52,836 nucleotides of DNA, filler included, from Sphacelaria rigidula (GCA_964200075.2; 4 parts of 4 records of this genome joined end to end with filler, not necessarily neighbours in it), one strand, 5' to 3'. Numbered from the whole stretch's first letter, positions 1 through 13,136 are shown. Numbers and translations: made by a program. Notes: generated by a model from the sequence alone, not told the origin.

Positions 1-232
1 CTCTTGAAAGCTCTCCACGGCGACCCATACTGCTTGCTACATCATATGTACACTACCTAATGCGCACCCTGCACCTGAAAATAGATTGGATGACACTATC
101 GGTCTTCCTTATAACCCTGCGGTTACATACGCAGGATTTTAGCAACACGCCACTGTTTCGTGCAGACGCCAGACACGTCATTCCTAACCTTACTGGTCGT
201 TCTGGAGGCCCGGTCCCAAAAGGGGTGAAGGA

Positions 233-565
233 GCGCAGCCGTGCGACACGAAGCGTTTGACGCTGCGCCAAACTTCGTGAATTTTTGGCCGACACTGTAC
301 CGGGATCTCCTCCACACAAGGACGCACAACCACATGAGGGATACCCGCGTATTTATGTATTTTCACGGAGTAATAGCATTTTTCTACTTTCGGCAGAAGC
401 TTCAACTCGCTGTAACTTTCGTCTTGTTTTGTTTTCTCGACATCCCCTGGAAGGTTGTGTGTAGTGATGATCATAATGTTGGGTCAAAAATTGAGCGCCC
501 AACGCTTCGGATTACCCAACGCCCGGCCCGGATACATTCGCAAATCACTGTCAGCTGGCCCGGCT
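233..565. repeat. Dispersed repeat; inverted copy at ~24040-24380
   Basis: The two copies share long blocks, e.g. tttttcacggag(t/ta)atagcatttt, ...aaaa(t)ttgagcgcccaac and cactgtcagc(t/g)ggcc. Confidence 0.7.
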
Positions 566-757
566 CGTACCGATTCATTCAATACTCCGGGTTGCCGCTT
601 GACCCGAAGTAAGCAAAGCAGGCACTCGTTGTGCTCCATGCCGATGGGACGTGACCTCTCAACGTCGCCACTTACATACAACTTGCCGCACGGACACAGG
701 CGTAGCCATGGAAAAGGGGCACCAGTGATGCCTAAAGTGAAATGCAAAATACACTTC

Positions 758-959
758 CAAGGGCAGGTCGAGTAGAGTATACGCAATTGCGGGGTATTTT
801 AAAAGACGTACTTGGGGTACTCAAATTAGGGTAGAGTGTTGGGAGTTGCCAAAATATAACTGGAAAGCGATCACTGAAACCTAACCCCCAATCTGTGTGC
901 TTTAAGGACGACTTTTAAAATACCCCGCGATTGAGTATACTCTACTCGACCTACCGTTG
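758..959. mobile_element. hAT-type MITE, 202 bp
   Basis: TIRs are CAAGGGCAGGTCGAGTAGAGTATAC and GTATACTCTACTCGACCTACCGTTG, extending into subterminal inverted sequence. A perfect 8-bp TSD TACACTTC lies at 750-757 and 960-967. Confidence 0.85.
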
Positions 960-1976
960 TACACTTCCCGGACCAAAACAAAACTCTCCCGGGTGAAGGC
1001 GGTTCTCGACAGCGGAAGACGGGGTACAGTATAGTACATGCGTTTCGTTTTCGCACGATTTCCATTTTTCATTGCTGTTTGCTAGGTAAAACGGCGCTCT
1101 TCTCCATTGCAAACTTCAATCCCCAACGTGGAAAATGAACCAAGCCAAAAGTCATCACTGCTGCCTGTGCTTCAAATGTTGGCGCGCGCACAGCCCCGAT
1201 ACTGTGCACAAGTCACCAGTGCACAGCACTCAGGTTATGATGATATTGGGTCCCTTGCGCTGCTGCTGCGGTACCATGAGGTGGGATCGCGCATATAGCT
1301 CGTGGGCCAAAACCGAATATCATTGAACTATCGTTTCCCCATTTTTTTGCCGTGGAAAAAGAAGCCGATGGAAACCTAATAAAATCAACACTACCGTTGA
1401 GAATCAGCCTCCGGGTTGCAGTTTCTCCTCACTCCAAACAAACAGACACTGCTCATTCGTTTTGCGTTCCGCGATTCCGCCACAAGCTCGTCCCAACAAG
1501 AAATATGAAGCCAGGGTCACTGGATTTTTTCCCTATCAATTGTGAGAGGTAACAGGAGGGATCATGCATACCCTTCCGTGTCACACAATCAAAACTACCA
1601 TTGGTCGGGGGGGGGGAAGACAACTTTTGAATCAAGATGTATATTTCAAGGTGATTTTGATGTCAGACAGCTGATCATCTCGAGATGAGATTTGAACAAA
1701 ATTTCGCCACAGCCACAGCCGTAGGATTGCGCCGGGTATGCACAAGCATAATTTTGGATCATGTTTGGTTCAAATCGTGGGAAAACAGTGAGAAAAAGAC
1801 ATGATATAGGTATTTACTGGGAAGCATACTGCAAATTCGAATGGGTCTCCCTTTCCCCCATGAGTTTCACGATTTTTGACGCAAAAATTGCAGCCCTGCG
1901 CGAATACGACATATGAAGACCTTGACACTGTTATACAGGCTGGGCCAGCCTGCAAGCGGATTTGTATTTTGCAGGC

Positions 1977-2240
1977 GAATTCGCAATTTTTTTCTGGGAG
2001 TTGGAAAGTGAAATTCGGTGTGGACAATCAACAGGGCATGAAGAAAAGCTGTCTGTGAGGTCCCGAAGATTTTTTTTTTTTTTTTATGAGTTAAGGGCAT
2101 TTCACTAAAACCTCAAAACTAATCATTGCTCTCAACTCATGAAAAAAGAAAACTCGGGACCTCACAGGCAGCTTTTTTCATGCCCTGCTGATTGTCCATA
2201 CCAAATTTCACTGTTCAACTCCAAGAAAAAAATGCGATTT
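1977..2240. repeat. Long imperfect inverted repeat (foldback), arms ~120 bp
   Basis: gtgaaattcggtgtggacaatcaacagggcatgaagaaaagctgtctgtgaggtcccga is mirrored by tcgggacctcacaggcagcttttttcatgccctgctgattgtccataccaaatttcac. Confidence 0.8.
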
Positions 2241-3332
2241 TACCTTTGAAAAAACCGGGCCGGTAAAAATTCGGAACAGTATTTTGCTGGCCGTTTCTCG
2301 GCCCACGTTTGGTGTTTGCGAGTTGAAAATTCTTGCGGGACCTCGCTAGGTCATGATGAACTAAGAAAAATGGGTGACGTCGGTTTTCAAGTTTATTTTG
2401 ACTGATTGAGGGCGTTTTAGTATGGTGACCGTTTTTTTACGAGAACGCCCGAACTTATCATGAAATAACAAAAAAAGAAGGCTCATTGTTTGTTTTTTAC
2501 TCAGCATACCTCTGTCCTTCTCCATGTCAAGTTTCAAATCACGATTCTAAAAATTGAGCTGAAAAACTGAGATGGGGCCCAAGAGCAATGTTCATTTCTC
2601 GTCAAAACTCCCCTAAAAACCCGAAAACAAAAAGAAAAAAAAGAAAAAAAACGAAAAAACTATGTTTTTATTTCATTATGCACCAGCGGTTCTTCATACC
2701 AAATTTTATAGCACAACTCTCAAAAACTTAGACGCGATATCCAGATTTAGGTCATCTAGTGCCTCTGCTCGTAATATACTGATTTTATCATGCAAATTCA
2801 TGCGCGCCATATCTCGAGATAGATTACGAATTAGGTGAAGGTGAGGGTATCTATCGTCTCCCCGTGCTCCAGGGAAGGTTCACGACAATAATCGCCATCA
2901 TCCGCTTAATCGATCGTTCAGTGTTTCATATAGATGCTTGTGTGGACGCCATCTCCGCTAGGTATAGGAATTACTAGACATGGGGTTTCATCAACGACAA
3001 AAAATTGGCCCAGATTTTTGAGCAGATGGGCACCTTCCCCTTGATATGACGATTAATGCGATATGCGGATCACGGCCCAACTCGTCTGTGTCGTTGAGAT
3101 ATCGCTTTGAGAGCTTCAATCCGTTTTTAGGCTGGCCCAGCTCGTAGCTCTCCTTCATTCCTTCCTTGAGTATCAACATATCTGGGTCACTCATTCCGCA
3201 AGGATATAACTTCGTCGTTATGTCAAAATAGTTTGAGTTGAAATTCGAAAAAAAGTTGAGCCTCATTCACGACCTTGACTACGATAATACGTACACGTGT
3301 GCCAAATTTCGTATCAGGACTCGTGCAAATCA

Positions 3333-3890
3333 TGGGGGGGGCGTACTCATGATCTTGCATGCCGTTGAAATAAAAGTATTGACTTCGCCGGATTAGGCTC
3401 GCACTCAGTCACCGAGCGCGAAGCGCCGTGATGTCTTCAGCGAGTCACATCAAGGGTGACGTGCATCCTGCTGAGATCGTTCGGCCCGAAGCCTACTGAT
3501 TACGTTGTATATGGAGGCAGCCTCGAACGAGTTGCCTCATTTTCTGATATCGTCACTTCGGGAGGCAGACACAAGTTACACTGCCTCATGGGTTTTTCAC
3601 CAAACCACAGGGGGGTGTACTCATGATCATGCATGATATGGTCATCAGACCCCTGACCTCGCATCCCTACAATGCCGGGACGAGGCACGCCGGGTTTTCG
3701 CCGGANNNNNNNNNNCAAGCGCGAAGCGCCGTGGTGTGCTCGGCGAGTCGCATGAAGGGTGAGCTGCATCCTGCTACGATTGTTTGGTATCGCCACTTCC
3801 AGAGTCAGCCACGGCATATACACTGCCTCATGGGTGCGTCACCAGAAACCACGGGGGGGGCGGGGTACTCATCTGTTGCTTGCTTTAGTC
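3333..3890 (+). repeat. Tandem copies of a ~270-300 bp G-run-headed dispersed repeat
   Basis: Units run G(n)GTACTCATGATC...TGACCTCGCATCCCTAC...CACTGCCTCATGGGTG..TCACCA. Other copies or fragments are at 13237-13296(-), 19155-19212(-), 39704-39732, 40475-40583(-), 41485-41794 and 43080-43162. Confidence 0.8.
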
Positions 3891-4959
3891 AAACCACGGG
3901 GAAGGGAAGGGACGTTTTATACATAATAAGCGCACTTATTCACACGAAAATAGTTCGGGGGAAACGTTGATGAAAATACATCGTTTCATCAACCAAGTTT
4001 TTTTACACGTATTTCACGATAATAGGCTTGAAAGCTCATCAATACGGACATCTCGGGAAGAAAACGACGAAAATGGCGACTTTTCCTTTTTGCCTTCGGA
4101 ACCGAGATATTTAGCCATTTAGGATACGAAGGAATGTTCCGAGATCGTCAAATACTCGAATACTTCGCGTTCATTGTTGAATATTAAAAGTGAGCAACAT
4201 TCGCAATCTTTTTATTCGACATGCGTGATCATGTGTGAAACTTCGAGAGCATGATTCGTATCATCCATGCAAAAAATCGCTTGAGAAAAAAAGTCCACTT
4301 TTGGAGAATGACGGTTGTCTGCAAACCGACATGAAACGGCAGCAGTTCATCCCATGCGCTGTTTCCCAACGAGCCAAGAGCTCTCAGCTCAGAACCGGAG
4401 ACGGTGTCGTGTACGTCAAGTCGTCAGCATCGAAAAAGGTATGCCCACTCTCATGTGTGGTAATCGCACTTCTTCGTAGGGTCAGCTCGCGGCACGAATT
4501 TCGACACCCCTAAAACGGCGGTCACCTTGATTTCACGGAACGTACATGTACTTGGGAAACCTTACAATTCTGGTACAGTCTCGTGTGCTTGGCAATCTTC
4601 CAAGGGTCGGACGAAAGAATGATTCGTCCGGAAATTACTTGATTTTAGTGTGGTTATTCATCCGGAACGAACCAATCCTTACGCTTCGTTTTCAGCCTTG
4701 CAACCCCGGTACGCGCCGCCCAGGCACGTGGAATGCCGCAAAAGTTGCGTGGATACCTGTTTGACCGGAGATCAACATTTTTTTCTCTTCCGATCAATCA
4801 GGCCCAAGAAATCGTGAATTTGGTGATTCGAACCGGCAATGATTCGTCCGATACGAGCAATCTTCCGCTGTTACTCTCTAGTTCATTGGAAGAACAGAAT
4901 CGCGGAGCAATCCAGTTGGATCCAGCGAGCCTGCATCCAACGTATTTTCAACAGCCTAC

Positions 4960-7900
4960 CCCGGATTTTCGCCTCCTGACGTCCTCCTCTTCCTCTTGCT
5001 TGTCCTCCCAGCGCACCGCTCCCTCCACTTCCGTTCCCCCCCCAATGAGAAAGCTCTCGTTCGTATGTCCCGTGGTTTCCCATGCTTCCATGGCTGTGGC
5101 GGCCGCTCGAAGGGAAGACTCGCTTCTCGTCATCCGTTCGCACTCCTGATAAATGCTCCGCATCTCTGTCAAGAGGGATCGGCACCTCGCCTGTTCGCAG
5201 ATGAAAACACGTGAAGGCACGACGGCTGGCATGTTCTCAACCAAACATATCCAGAACTCAGATGTCAGATGGTAAAAAAATGTAACTGCAGCCATCGATA
5301 TTCGCTGACATCACCGGACACCTTGCGCCAGGGAAAAAGCAGTATGGAAGTCATGAATAAACGTGCACAGAAAGATCGTGAATCATCCTCCACCACGTCA
5401 CACCAATCTCGCGAACCAATGCGAGAGCTTTGGGGAAAACAAGGTAGAGTAACATGTAGCTCATGATGATATGCCTTCCCCGAGACGATCCAGGTGGCGG
5501 AGTGCCTATGAGTGCCCCACGAAATGGAAGAAAGAAATGCGCTCCGACGTGAGAGAGGTGGGAACAAGGCCCCGAAACGTTTGAGAAGACTATTCACCAC
5601 ACCACCACGTCAAGTGCCAGGTACGTTCAGAATTACCGCCATGTCATCAAATGCCCAAGGCGCAAGTCCATCGGAACACCACGAAGGGGGTAAGAGTGCA
5701 GCTGACTATCTTCATGCATGAACAGTCGATAGTATGGCAAAGTTGCACGCAAAACTATACGCAAGTTCAAGACCACAACAGGAACAGTCTCGGTCTTAAT
5801 TATTACACCCAACGCTACGTCCAGCACCACTCACAGAGATGGAACCCGGCGGCAGTCAGAACTTGTGATACGTACCGCGAACAGCAGACGGAAACATCAA
5901 AACGGGGAACGTTCCACTCTGGGTGCTGCAAAATCCACGTATCACCATGACAAAGTTGAACAGCTAACGTATGTCATTCTTGCCTACGGCAGTGACATGA
6001 CGCGCTTTCTACCCGCGGCCAACACCCGTTTAAACGCGGGCCGCCACATCGCGTGGCCGAACGTCACAGCATCACCGTCACACACCAGTCCGTTTCTGAA
6101 GTACGAACACAAATATACTGCGCACACGGGTGATGCTCGTGCCCCCGCAACATTTATCTACATCAACAATCGGCTCCTGCACTCTGCAGCTTTCTGTGAG
6201 GTTCCGATATTGCACGACAAACCCAGGTCCAGTATACCTACCTCGAACGTCATCCACTTCAGGACCCCGCTTCCCTTGCGGCAGCACAAATACCCCTGCT
6301 TGTGACGCATGGGCAAAGATATGTTGTCCAGTGGTGGGCCAAGTTTTACGATGCTCGTCAAGGAAATGTTCGCACCTTGCGCCGCGCCAACTCTTCCCGC
6401 TGAGCACGCACGGTATCCTCCAAGGGTTTTCTGGTTCTATCGAACGCTCTCCTAGCCGCCTGCATCCGGGTCTCAGTGGCCGAGCATTGCCCCTGGAGCT
6501 CTGCTTTCGCCTCGGCAGCTCCTAGAACCGCGCCATTTTTCGTAACGGCGAAGAATTGTCGAGTCACTAATTCGTACTGCTTCTTGCGGGGGAGGAGGGG
6601 GGGGGAGTGGGGGGGAGAGTACAGCGCGGCGACTACAACGACGAACCAAATTTGCCGGTCTGGTGTCGCTGCATCGAATTCAGTTCGAAATTTGGACATG
6701 CGAGAGGGAAACTAGGCGACACCGAAACTTGGGAGGGGTGGACCAAAATTCGCCGAGATAACTGAATGCTAGCTAATGCACAAACGTAAATCTCAATCTT
6801 GGCGTCAAGGGTGCAATACTTTCTGTTCGCACATCCCCGCGACATCGCCACGACATGAGCACATATAACTACGTGAAACTTGATTCCCCAGAAGCTTCAA
6901 TACGGCGAGACGTAGCTACCGTCGTGTGCGCAACAGCCTTCGCACGCTAACCCCCCCCCCTCCCCCTGTCCCCTTGTCCAAAACTTACCCTTTAATGTCC
7001 TTGGTTCGACGGTTTCGAAAACCTGATCAGCTACAACGCATCAGAATGCAAACTCCATATGTCGCCCCTCTGCCACTACCATGCCAGGGGAAAACACCTC
7101 GAGTAACGAAGGTACTGTCACCAAATTGGCGTCATTAGGTATTTGCTTCACTCAGTATCATGCGGTACTGTACTCTACTGGCTGCGGCAGCAAGCAACAA
7201 TTTTTCTCACGTGGCAGCAGTTCCAGCGCCTTGGCGGAATGACGACAGGTTCTCTCCCGCTCTTCCGTTTGCACGCCAAGACGTGCAACCTCTGCTTCCA
7301 ACTTATGAAAAAACCGCGCAGAGCAGAGGAGAGGAGAAGACAGCAGCAGCAGCCATAAAACCTCCGCAACACAGTGTACTCCTTACCGATTGGGCGGTGT
7401 TGCTATCGTGAGTAGTATACACAACATATTTTCCTCGCTCCAGCTTCGTACGTAACAAGGCAGTGCAAGTGGCATCCAAAAAGGCAAGCAAGTCGGCCTT
7501 CCACTTCATGTCGGAGGGCGACCGCCGGCAGAATGGACAACGCGGTTCGCGGAGGTTCTCGTCCACTGCTTGAACGAAAGTAAGAATCGGCGAGATTGGG
7601 TCTTTCTTCTTCTCAGCGAACGGAGGGGACAGTCACCAACAAGTCAAGTAGCGTCAACACGCCCTCGACCCCAGACGGTACCACAGCTTGTACAGTGACA
7701 AGACAAGGACAACATATTATGGGCAGGAAAACAACGCGTTACAAGCTAAACCACAGCACACGTTTGTACTGGGTGTTTATTCATCATTGAATTTCTGAGT
7801 TGGTTACCTCGGTGCACTTCCTTTCATTCGATACTTGACTCTTCGTGATTCTTCTTCCGTCGCATATATCTTCACTTGCCGGCGTCCAATTATTGTTTGT

Positions 7901-10900
7901 GGAGAAACAAGACACTTCCGAGCAAGAACAAAAAAACAGCATGTAACACCCACGTAACAGTCAATTCCACAGAGACTCGGAGAAGAGACGGTGCCAATTA
8001 GCATTGGAAACGGTTTTGTCGATTACCTCATCAGCAGTGGCCGAAACGGCGTTGTGCTCCTTCAACAACCTCTTAAGTTCCAACTCTTGAGCTTCCACGG
8101 CGAACTGTTTGAAATCCCGTCGAACCCATTTTGTACAGGGACCCAGGAGGTGAAACGCCGTCAACAGATATCGTTGATAACAGCAGCAAGGCGAACGGAC
8201 ATAGAAACAGGCGTTTCAGAAGCAGCGTTCGCGATGGTTTCGTGAGTACACAAAAGCGGGATCGAAAAATGTACTTCGAGGCATTTGCTTGCTTTTATCG
8301 ATTGTGGGGCGGGGCGACATGTCAAATTTAGTCTGAGTGTTCTACATTGTTTGCCGCGAGCCTTCCAATCGCGCCAATTGTTTCCTAGGTTTTTCGGGGC
8401 CTTGACTTCCGACATGGCGCTTTGAGAATCATGGGGGAACAACACACGCAGTTCTTTTCATTCAGCCGCAATAGAAGAACGTGGAGAACGCAACTTCACG
8501 ATTGAGCAGCCCCACATGCCTGGGCTCGGACGGTTCATGACTGGCGCGGGCTCAAAACCCTTCACCCACACATTCCCGAAACATAACACTTGCGGGAGTG
8601 GCCGCCTTGTCATATTCAACACAGCAAATACAATTTGACCATTATCCGAGGACAGACTACGCCTGAAACCACAGCTTGTGAATTGATATATTTTTTCGGT
8701 GCAGGGCTGTTCCACGACGAGGATTACCACATACGATGTCGAAATGCCATATTGGCGTATCTCCCTAGACTTCCCACAACCAGAATAAACGCCATAGCCC
8801 TCCAGATACGCCATCGAAATTCAGGGGTAAAAACGACACAACTTCATAGCGTGTTAGTTAGTAACCAAAATAAACCCCTGTGAAGATGAAACAATCTGGC
8901 GAAGAAAATATATGCATAGCCCAGCAGTTCGGAATAAAAACCCCAGTCCAGACCTTACCTGCAAAAAAACGACATCCTCGTCCTCCCCGCCCGCCTGATC
9001 TGTCGCGATCTCTACAGGACCCAATCCCGAAACACCCTCCTGACGCTCGCCTTGCTCTAGCCCTTGCTCCGCCGCGGCCACCGAGAATCCGTCCTGTTCC
9101 GCCTTCACTGAATCGCTGTTGCCTGCTGCTGCAGTCCCTTCTAGGTATTGGTCTGGCGCTGCTTGAGCGGGCTCGAGGGCAGATGGATCGCCCGACTCAT
9201 AGGCTCCAACAGTGCTTCCGATTCTCGCACTGTCATCTTTAGCTATTTTGTCATCTCGTCGACGACCGTCACCCTTTGCCTCGTCGATCACTGCTGCCAG
9301 CTCGGATCCTATGTCACGGTGCTCTGTTTGTTCGATGTACCCGTTATCCTCATCACCTGGCGTCGACAAATCGGCTGCCACGTGTCCTGGTTCCCCGGCG
9401 GTGTCTTGTGTCCCATCATCTTGCTCGCGTCCCACAATCGTTTCTCGTGACACGCTGTCATCATCCATGTTGTCAACACGTTCCGCCTTGAAGCCGACAA
9501 ATCCCGCTTCAACGTTGACTTGTTTCGATCCGCCGTCGATATCATTCGCTTCAGTGGTCATGATTCCACCTTCCTCTTTGATCAACGCTCGCCGATCCAC
9601 GCTATCTTGCTCGCTATCGTGATCATCAGCGGTTGCAGCCTCGCTCTCAGCGACGCCACCGAAGAACCCCACCCTGGACGCCCCCCCCTGAGCGAATACG
9701 TTGTCCGATTCTGATGTGTCCAAGCCAGCGTCATGGTCCACCGGTGGATCGTCATCCACCTCAAGCTGCATCGACGTGGACACCTCTTGCGCAAAAATAT
9801 TACTTTCTTGCTCCTCTTCGTCATCCTCCACAACCTCGGCAGCACCACCACCTTCATCCTCCAGTGCATCACCCCCGAAGGGTGCCGTGACCTCCGAATG
9901 CGCTTCTACATCGATCGGAACATCTTCCGATGTTTTCTCCGAAGATATCCCCAACTCCTCACCGGTTCCTTCCGACAAAGGGGTAGACGCCGAATCCTTG
10001 TCAGGGGGCGACAACGCACGAGCCATCTGTTCTGCCTTCCCTCTGACCGTACCTTCAGAAAGGCCACCCTGCCCCTCCTCAGCTTGCGATATCGACGTAT
10101 CTCCTGACTTCCGCTCATCTTCTGGTGGCATTTTGTTTTCTCCTTCTTCGCCCGTATCAACAGTCTTGCTCACCCCGCCGTCACCACTAGACTCTTCAAC
10201 AACATTGCTTTGTCCGTCGCCTTGATCCTCTCTCCGATCCTCTGGATCGTGGGCCGACTCTTCCGGCACTGCAATCACCTCTCCTGCTTCGGCGGACACA
10301 CTGCTGTCATCACCCTTTCCCTCCTCGGACCTGCCGTCCCTGCCATCTGCGACTGTTGATGAACTGTTATCGCTGATCATATTCGCGCTGCCTGCGGTAT
10401 TTGGTGCGGGGCCGTCATCACCGTTGCCTGACAGCAGATCACCACCTGCGAGCTCTCCTTGCTCGCGTGTGGAGTTAGGATTGTCTTGTGACGGTGTAAG
10501 CGGGGCCTGTGAGGCATTTTACGGGGGGTGCAGAAACAATTCAGATACGAGTGTGACATGCACAAAAGTAACGGAAACAGCGGATCGAACAAGGAGATGC
10601 GTGTTGTGTTGAAGTGGAGGAGGGAAATGATATCGAGGCGTGTGGGACGGGTGGGGGGCGCTGACGTGTGCAACAATCTGAGCAAGGAGACATTATTGTA
10701 CAACAGTACATATTGTTGAGGTGACCATGATGGCCACGTTTGGAACCATTCTCATCGAGCAGTTTCGAACCATCCAAGATCTCCACGTCATCAAGAACAC
10801 AGAACGGTTGAAAACAACAAACAAAGAAAACTATCTCACCAATACAGTAGCTTGAGCATGCTGCACATCTACGCAACAACACTGAGTAGATGAGGATTCT

Positions 10901-11558
10901 TCGGTTTTGGGTCGTGTCTGGAACAGCAAACAACGCCGAAAGAAGATGTAAAAAGAGGCTGCACAGGAGTATTGGTAACTTCGGACGGAGTACATGCCCC
11001 ATGTAGAAGGAAAACTTACCCCGTCAGGTGGAAGCATCGACAACAAAGTCAGCAACAGTTTTCGCGTAGCTCCCTCCCCTGGGTACAGAAGTTGCTGGGC
11101 AGACAATGGCTCGGTGTATCCAGCGTCCTGTGCAGAGCAACGCCAAAATATCGGATGGATCATGGGCAGTAGAAAGTTGGATAGAGTGCCTATACACGTA
11201 TCCGTAATTACATCAGAAGCGCTGTCATCGTTGGAAAAACAGAGCACTGACCCCACATCGAGGGTTGACACTGCCGCATTCAACACGGGCTGGCAAAACA
11301 CAAAAACACGGCATACACACGAAATAAAAAAACAATAACAGCGTACGGGATAGACACGATGGTACCGTTTCCCATACCTTGACCCTACTGGCGACTATTT
11401 TGCATGCGCGATGTCGCTCTGCGGGATGCAGCCCTCGCGTAGAGAACGCCTCCGGCACGGGAGGGGATCCGTCGATCCCTGGTATCAACGACCCGACCAC
11501 TTGGATGACCACATCGGACGTCATCTGGGCCACCGATGAAATCCCCTTGGGGACGGCA
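4960..11558 (-). CDS. CCDC22: CCDC22-like coiled-coil protein (CCC/Commander subunit family), spliced, with both ends unresolved. Exons: 11558-11378, 11127-11020, 10506-8959, 8104-8027, 7301-7211, 6521-6376, 5190-4960
   Basis: All seven exons have AG/GT boundaries and phase-compatible joins. The N-terminal AVPKGISSVAQMTSDVVIQVV...RHRACKIVASRVK|DAGYTEPLSAQQLLYPGEGATRKLLLTLLSMLP resembles the CCDC22 N-terminal domain (recalled human DLGYPLELGYQNFLYPSEPDLRDLLLFLAERLP). KALELLPRAAEAKAELQ...FDRTRKPLEDTV...RRK|ARCRSLLTEMR resembles its coiled coil (AVELLPDG...WEKHRVPL). The start exon was not resolved. Confidence 0.75.
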
Positions 11559-12860
11559 CTGAGGTCGACGTGAAAGGACGGGCAGCAATACGAATAACTG
11601 GTGATGGGCACAACCAAAACGCGACAGCGAAGACAACGCATACACGCCCGCTATACACTCCGCGGGGGGCACTCGGGCGTATGAGAAAAGTGGAAACTAC
11701 ACTGCCCTGCTGATGGTATTACTTTCAGCTTGTCCGAACCCGCAGGCTCATCAATATGGATCTTCTTGGATGGGCGCATGGCGCCCATGACGTGTTTCCC
11801 TGCCTCCTCCGCTAGCCCCGAAAACACTTGTGTGGCACACGACGCAAAAGTGGCAAAGAAAGACATCTGGCGGTATTGATGTTTGCGTGTAATCCTTACG
11901 GTCTGCTCCAGTATCGGCTACTACCCGTTCAAGGTGACATATACCGGTACATGAAAAATTACCCCACTTCGAAGCAAAGCTTTCGCTGTACCTGCTACTG
12001 CTGTACACCATTCCATGGATCTAAACAATAGCCCTCCAAGCCAAAATTTCAGGAGCTAGCAGAATGGTGAGGCAGTACTATACTTGTAGCAACGGGGATC
12101 AATGAAGAAAAGAGCTCACCATCCATTTTGTCGAAGCAGGAGAAGCAGAAGCTGTGCACCAATGGCAGATAACCAGCAGCCACCACGAGCAAGAAGCAGT
12201 TGGTCACATGCAATTACGCGGAGCGCGAAAAGCGCAACATTTTAAAGAGCGTCATACCGTGGCATGAGGAAAATGTGAGTGTAGAAGTGCAGGTCGAGAA
12301 CAGGAAATTGGACAACGGAATGGGCAAACATATTGTCAATTGAACGCCAAAAACCATGTTAAACGATAGCCGTATTCGACGTACGCGCGTGTTCGCTACT
12401 GAATCAGCGGGGAAGAAATGATTGCATAACCTGGGATGCTTGTTCACACCAGCTAACATCAGCCCCCGGAAGATTGAAATGCCAGAAGCAGCTATATTTG
12501 TTTCCAAGATCTGGAACGCCAGTGGCTACAGACTGTGCTGAAACCAAAACCTCATGACCTTCCGCCCTTATGTTGCACTCTCTTATCAGGGAGGCAAAGG
12601 GGTGCAATGGTGTCATACCAAAGGTGGAATGCACGGCCCAACTTTGAGAATTGTTGAGCTGAAAGTTTACACGTACGTTCTACACCTCAACACGCAGAAA
12701 CGTATTGCCTTAGCCAACATATTGTATACACATTTGTTGAGTCATGAAAATTTCCCTTTTGTCCCAATCTTAAACTGGCTCTAAACTTGTTGTTTTTCTT
12801 CTTTTCGATAAGGCCCTTCTTATGGCAAACAAAAACTCATAATAATAAATAATGGGCCGA

Positions 12861-13136
12861 TCGCCCCGGTGGCTCAGTTGGTAACCTCAACACCTTTCGA
12901 CGGTTGAGTATGGAGGTTCAACTCCTGGAGCGATCTAGGGTTTTTTCTCACAACATGCCCAACAGTGAAGAGGGACTATGTCGTGGTTACACAAAATTCG
13001 ACCCAACGGTCGACGAGAGAAAGGGGTTGCCGAACCCCTCTCGCGATAAAGAATAAAGGCAAGCACCGCAGAAGGAAGGTGGGGTACTAAAAGCAAACAA
13101 AAACAAAAAACTCCTGTGTTGACCTTCCTCCCGTGT
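12861..13136 (+). mobile_element. tRNA-derived SINE-like element, family A
   Basis: Pol III A box TGGCTCAGTTGG is at 12870-12881 and B box GGTTCAACTCC at 12915-12925. There is no valid cloverleaf. The body is homologous to 49533-50088. Confidence 0.75.

Noticed and set aside
3468..3495. Hammerhead core in the tandem G-run repeat (retrozyme idea)
   Set aside because: CTGCTGA and GAAG deviate from CTGANGA and GAAA, stem II does not pair, and the motif is not conserved in the 41655 copy.
5320..6295. Chain of small exon-like segments (e.g. GYLCCRKGSGVLKWMTFE at 6295-6242)
   Set aside because: CCDC22 similarity is continuous if 6376 splices directly to 5190. These segments show no similarity and are probably intronic, though alternative splicing is not excluded.
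7387..7569. RING-like CPFCR exon
   Set aside because: It has only one Cys pair and would interrupt the coiled coil formed by exons 8104-8027 and 7301-7211.
9212..10225. Plus-strand Ser-rich ORFs (and minus-strand ORFs at 36659-37569)
   Set aside because: They are antisense shadows of real low-complexity exons.
12861..12935. tRNA gene
   Set aside because: It has A and B boxes but no acceptor or anticodon stem, and it continues into a body shared with another copy. It is a SINE head.
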